A stretch of DNA of 64,000 nucleotides. It comes from Podospora anserina. Taxonomy: Eukaryota. The notes under the pieces are model-generated. The model had not been told where the DNA came from and ran no database searches. It worked only from the letters and a program-made list of their open reading frames with translations. Where the stretch lies: contig CM030335.1 of assembly GCA_017654855.1 (NCBI GenBank), positions 248,001-312,000 on the forward strand, in the 5' to 3' direction. Below, in pieces: positions 62,978-64,000 of this stretch (the first letter of the stretch is position 1; each line of letters starts with the position of its first letter). The position numbers were made by a program, and so were the translations under genes.

Positions 62978-63429
62978 GATTGATAGATATTCAAAGATCC
63001 AATGTGTCTGTTGAATCAATTGATGTTGTGATGTTGTGATGCCGTGATGCAATGGTAGGATTGAGTCGTGAACAAGATGGGTCTCTTGGCGAGGCTGCGC
63101 TGTTTGACTTTCAAGTCCCAAATCCAATTGATGATGATGCGCCAGTGCTGGAGGACGCGCCTGATGGATTTTAGATTCCCCGCTTCCCGCCCAAGGCACA
63201 TGAGCACTGACCTGGGGTCCCTGCACTTTAGGGGAGTAGTGGGGCTTTGTCCCCCGACATGCGGCCTGTAAGGTGAGCACCCTTGTAGCTACCGCCAGAA
63301 ACATCACCGCCCTCTCCGAACAAACATCATTCTGGGTGCCTCCGATAGTTATACGCAACACCGCTCTTCGTCGCTTCTTCGGTTCAATCTTAGGTTATCT
63401 CCCAGGCATTCTCTCGACCCTATTCCGCC

Positions 63430-64000
63430 ATGGCGGCTAACAAGGCGTCCCGATTGGGGGAAGAGTACGCTGCGCATCCCTCCTCTGTTTACTTCGTTGC
63501 CATCTCTGCTAACACTGCTTCTCTGACAGGATCTGGAAGTAAGGGCCTCCCACACGCCCTCAGCTAGAACTCAACCATCGCTAATGCTGCCCCCCGCTGA
63601 AGGACACGGATAGACAAGGTCAACGCCGAGCTGGTCGTCCTCACATACGGCACCATCGTTGCGCAGCTGTGTAAGGACTTTGACAGCGACTATGTCGAGG
63701 TCAACAAGCAACTCGATAAGATGGGGTACAACATCGGTCTGCGCCTAATCGAGGATTACCTTGCGAAATCCAACACTGTACGCCGATGTTCGAACTTTAA
63801 GGAAACAGCCGAGATGATCGCGAAGGTGGGCAGTTTGGCATGTTGGGCCGGTGTTTGCGCGTGGACGTGTTTGTGTCTGACAGATGTGCTCTTCAGGTTG
63901 GGTTCAAGATATTCCTCAACATCACGCCAACGATAGCGAATTGGACCAACGACGGCAAGCAGTTCTCACTGATCTTCGATGAGAACCCCTTTGCCGACTT
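63430..64000 (+). CDS. BET3: TRAPP complex subunit Bet3 (5' part, runs off the window)
   Basis: Exons 63430-63464, 63530-63538 (9-nt microexon), 63603-63825, 63897-64000. KVNAELVVLTYGTIVAQLC, MGYNIGLRLIEDYLAK, VGFKIFLNITP. Confidence 0.93.

Noticed and set aside
1..64000. Transposons, CRISPR arrays, or TGA-CTA readthrough PTS1 extensions
   Set aside because: No transposase/RT ORFs, LTRs, TIRs or spaced direct repeats were seen; the stop contexts I checked lack TGA CTA.

Overview
Gene-dense, intron-containing euchromatic window from a filamentous ascomycete. GT(A/G)AG donors, CT(A/G)AC branch points and the strong C-rich/G-rich skew inside genes suggest Sordariales, probably Podospora-like (inference). 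I can support about 23 protein-coding genes, most spliced by hand. Conserved genes: 5' end of a DEAH helicase (DHX29-like), GCN1, RPL19, mitochondrial SHMT, TAF8, RACK1/cpc-2, MRPL22, COX9, SOM1, a CECR5-type HAD hydrolase, GH125, a CNBP/Gis2-like zinc-knuckle protein, the U5 snRNP 40K WD40 protein and the 5' part of BET3. Less ordinary genes: an isochorismatase-AlkB-GST-like fusion, an intronless bacterial-type LRR-kinase, a degenerate Rad51-paralog-like gene, and a same-strand array of surface/membrane proteins at 27.8-39.4 kb (two related Cys-rich single-pass proteins, a small TM protein, a DUF3112/RTA1-like protein and a CFEM protein). RNA genes: an intronic U24/snR24 box C/D snoRNA with an altered second guide, and two tandem tRNA-Ala genes. 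Candidate regulatory uORFs overlap the GCN1 and MRPL22 start codons. No transposon or CRISPR array was seen. Family calls come from recalled motifs, not database searches.
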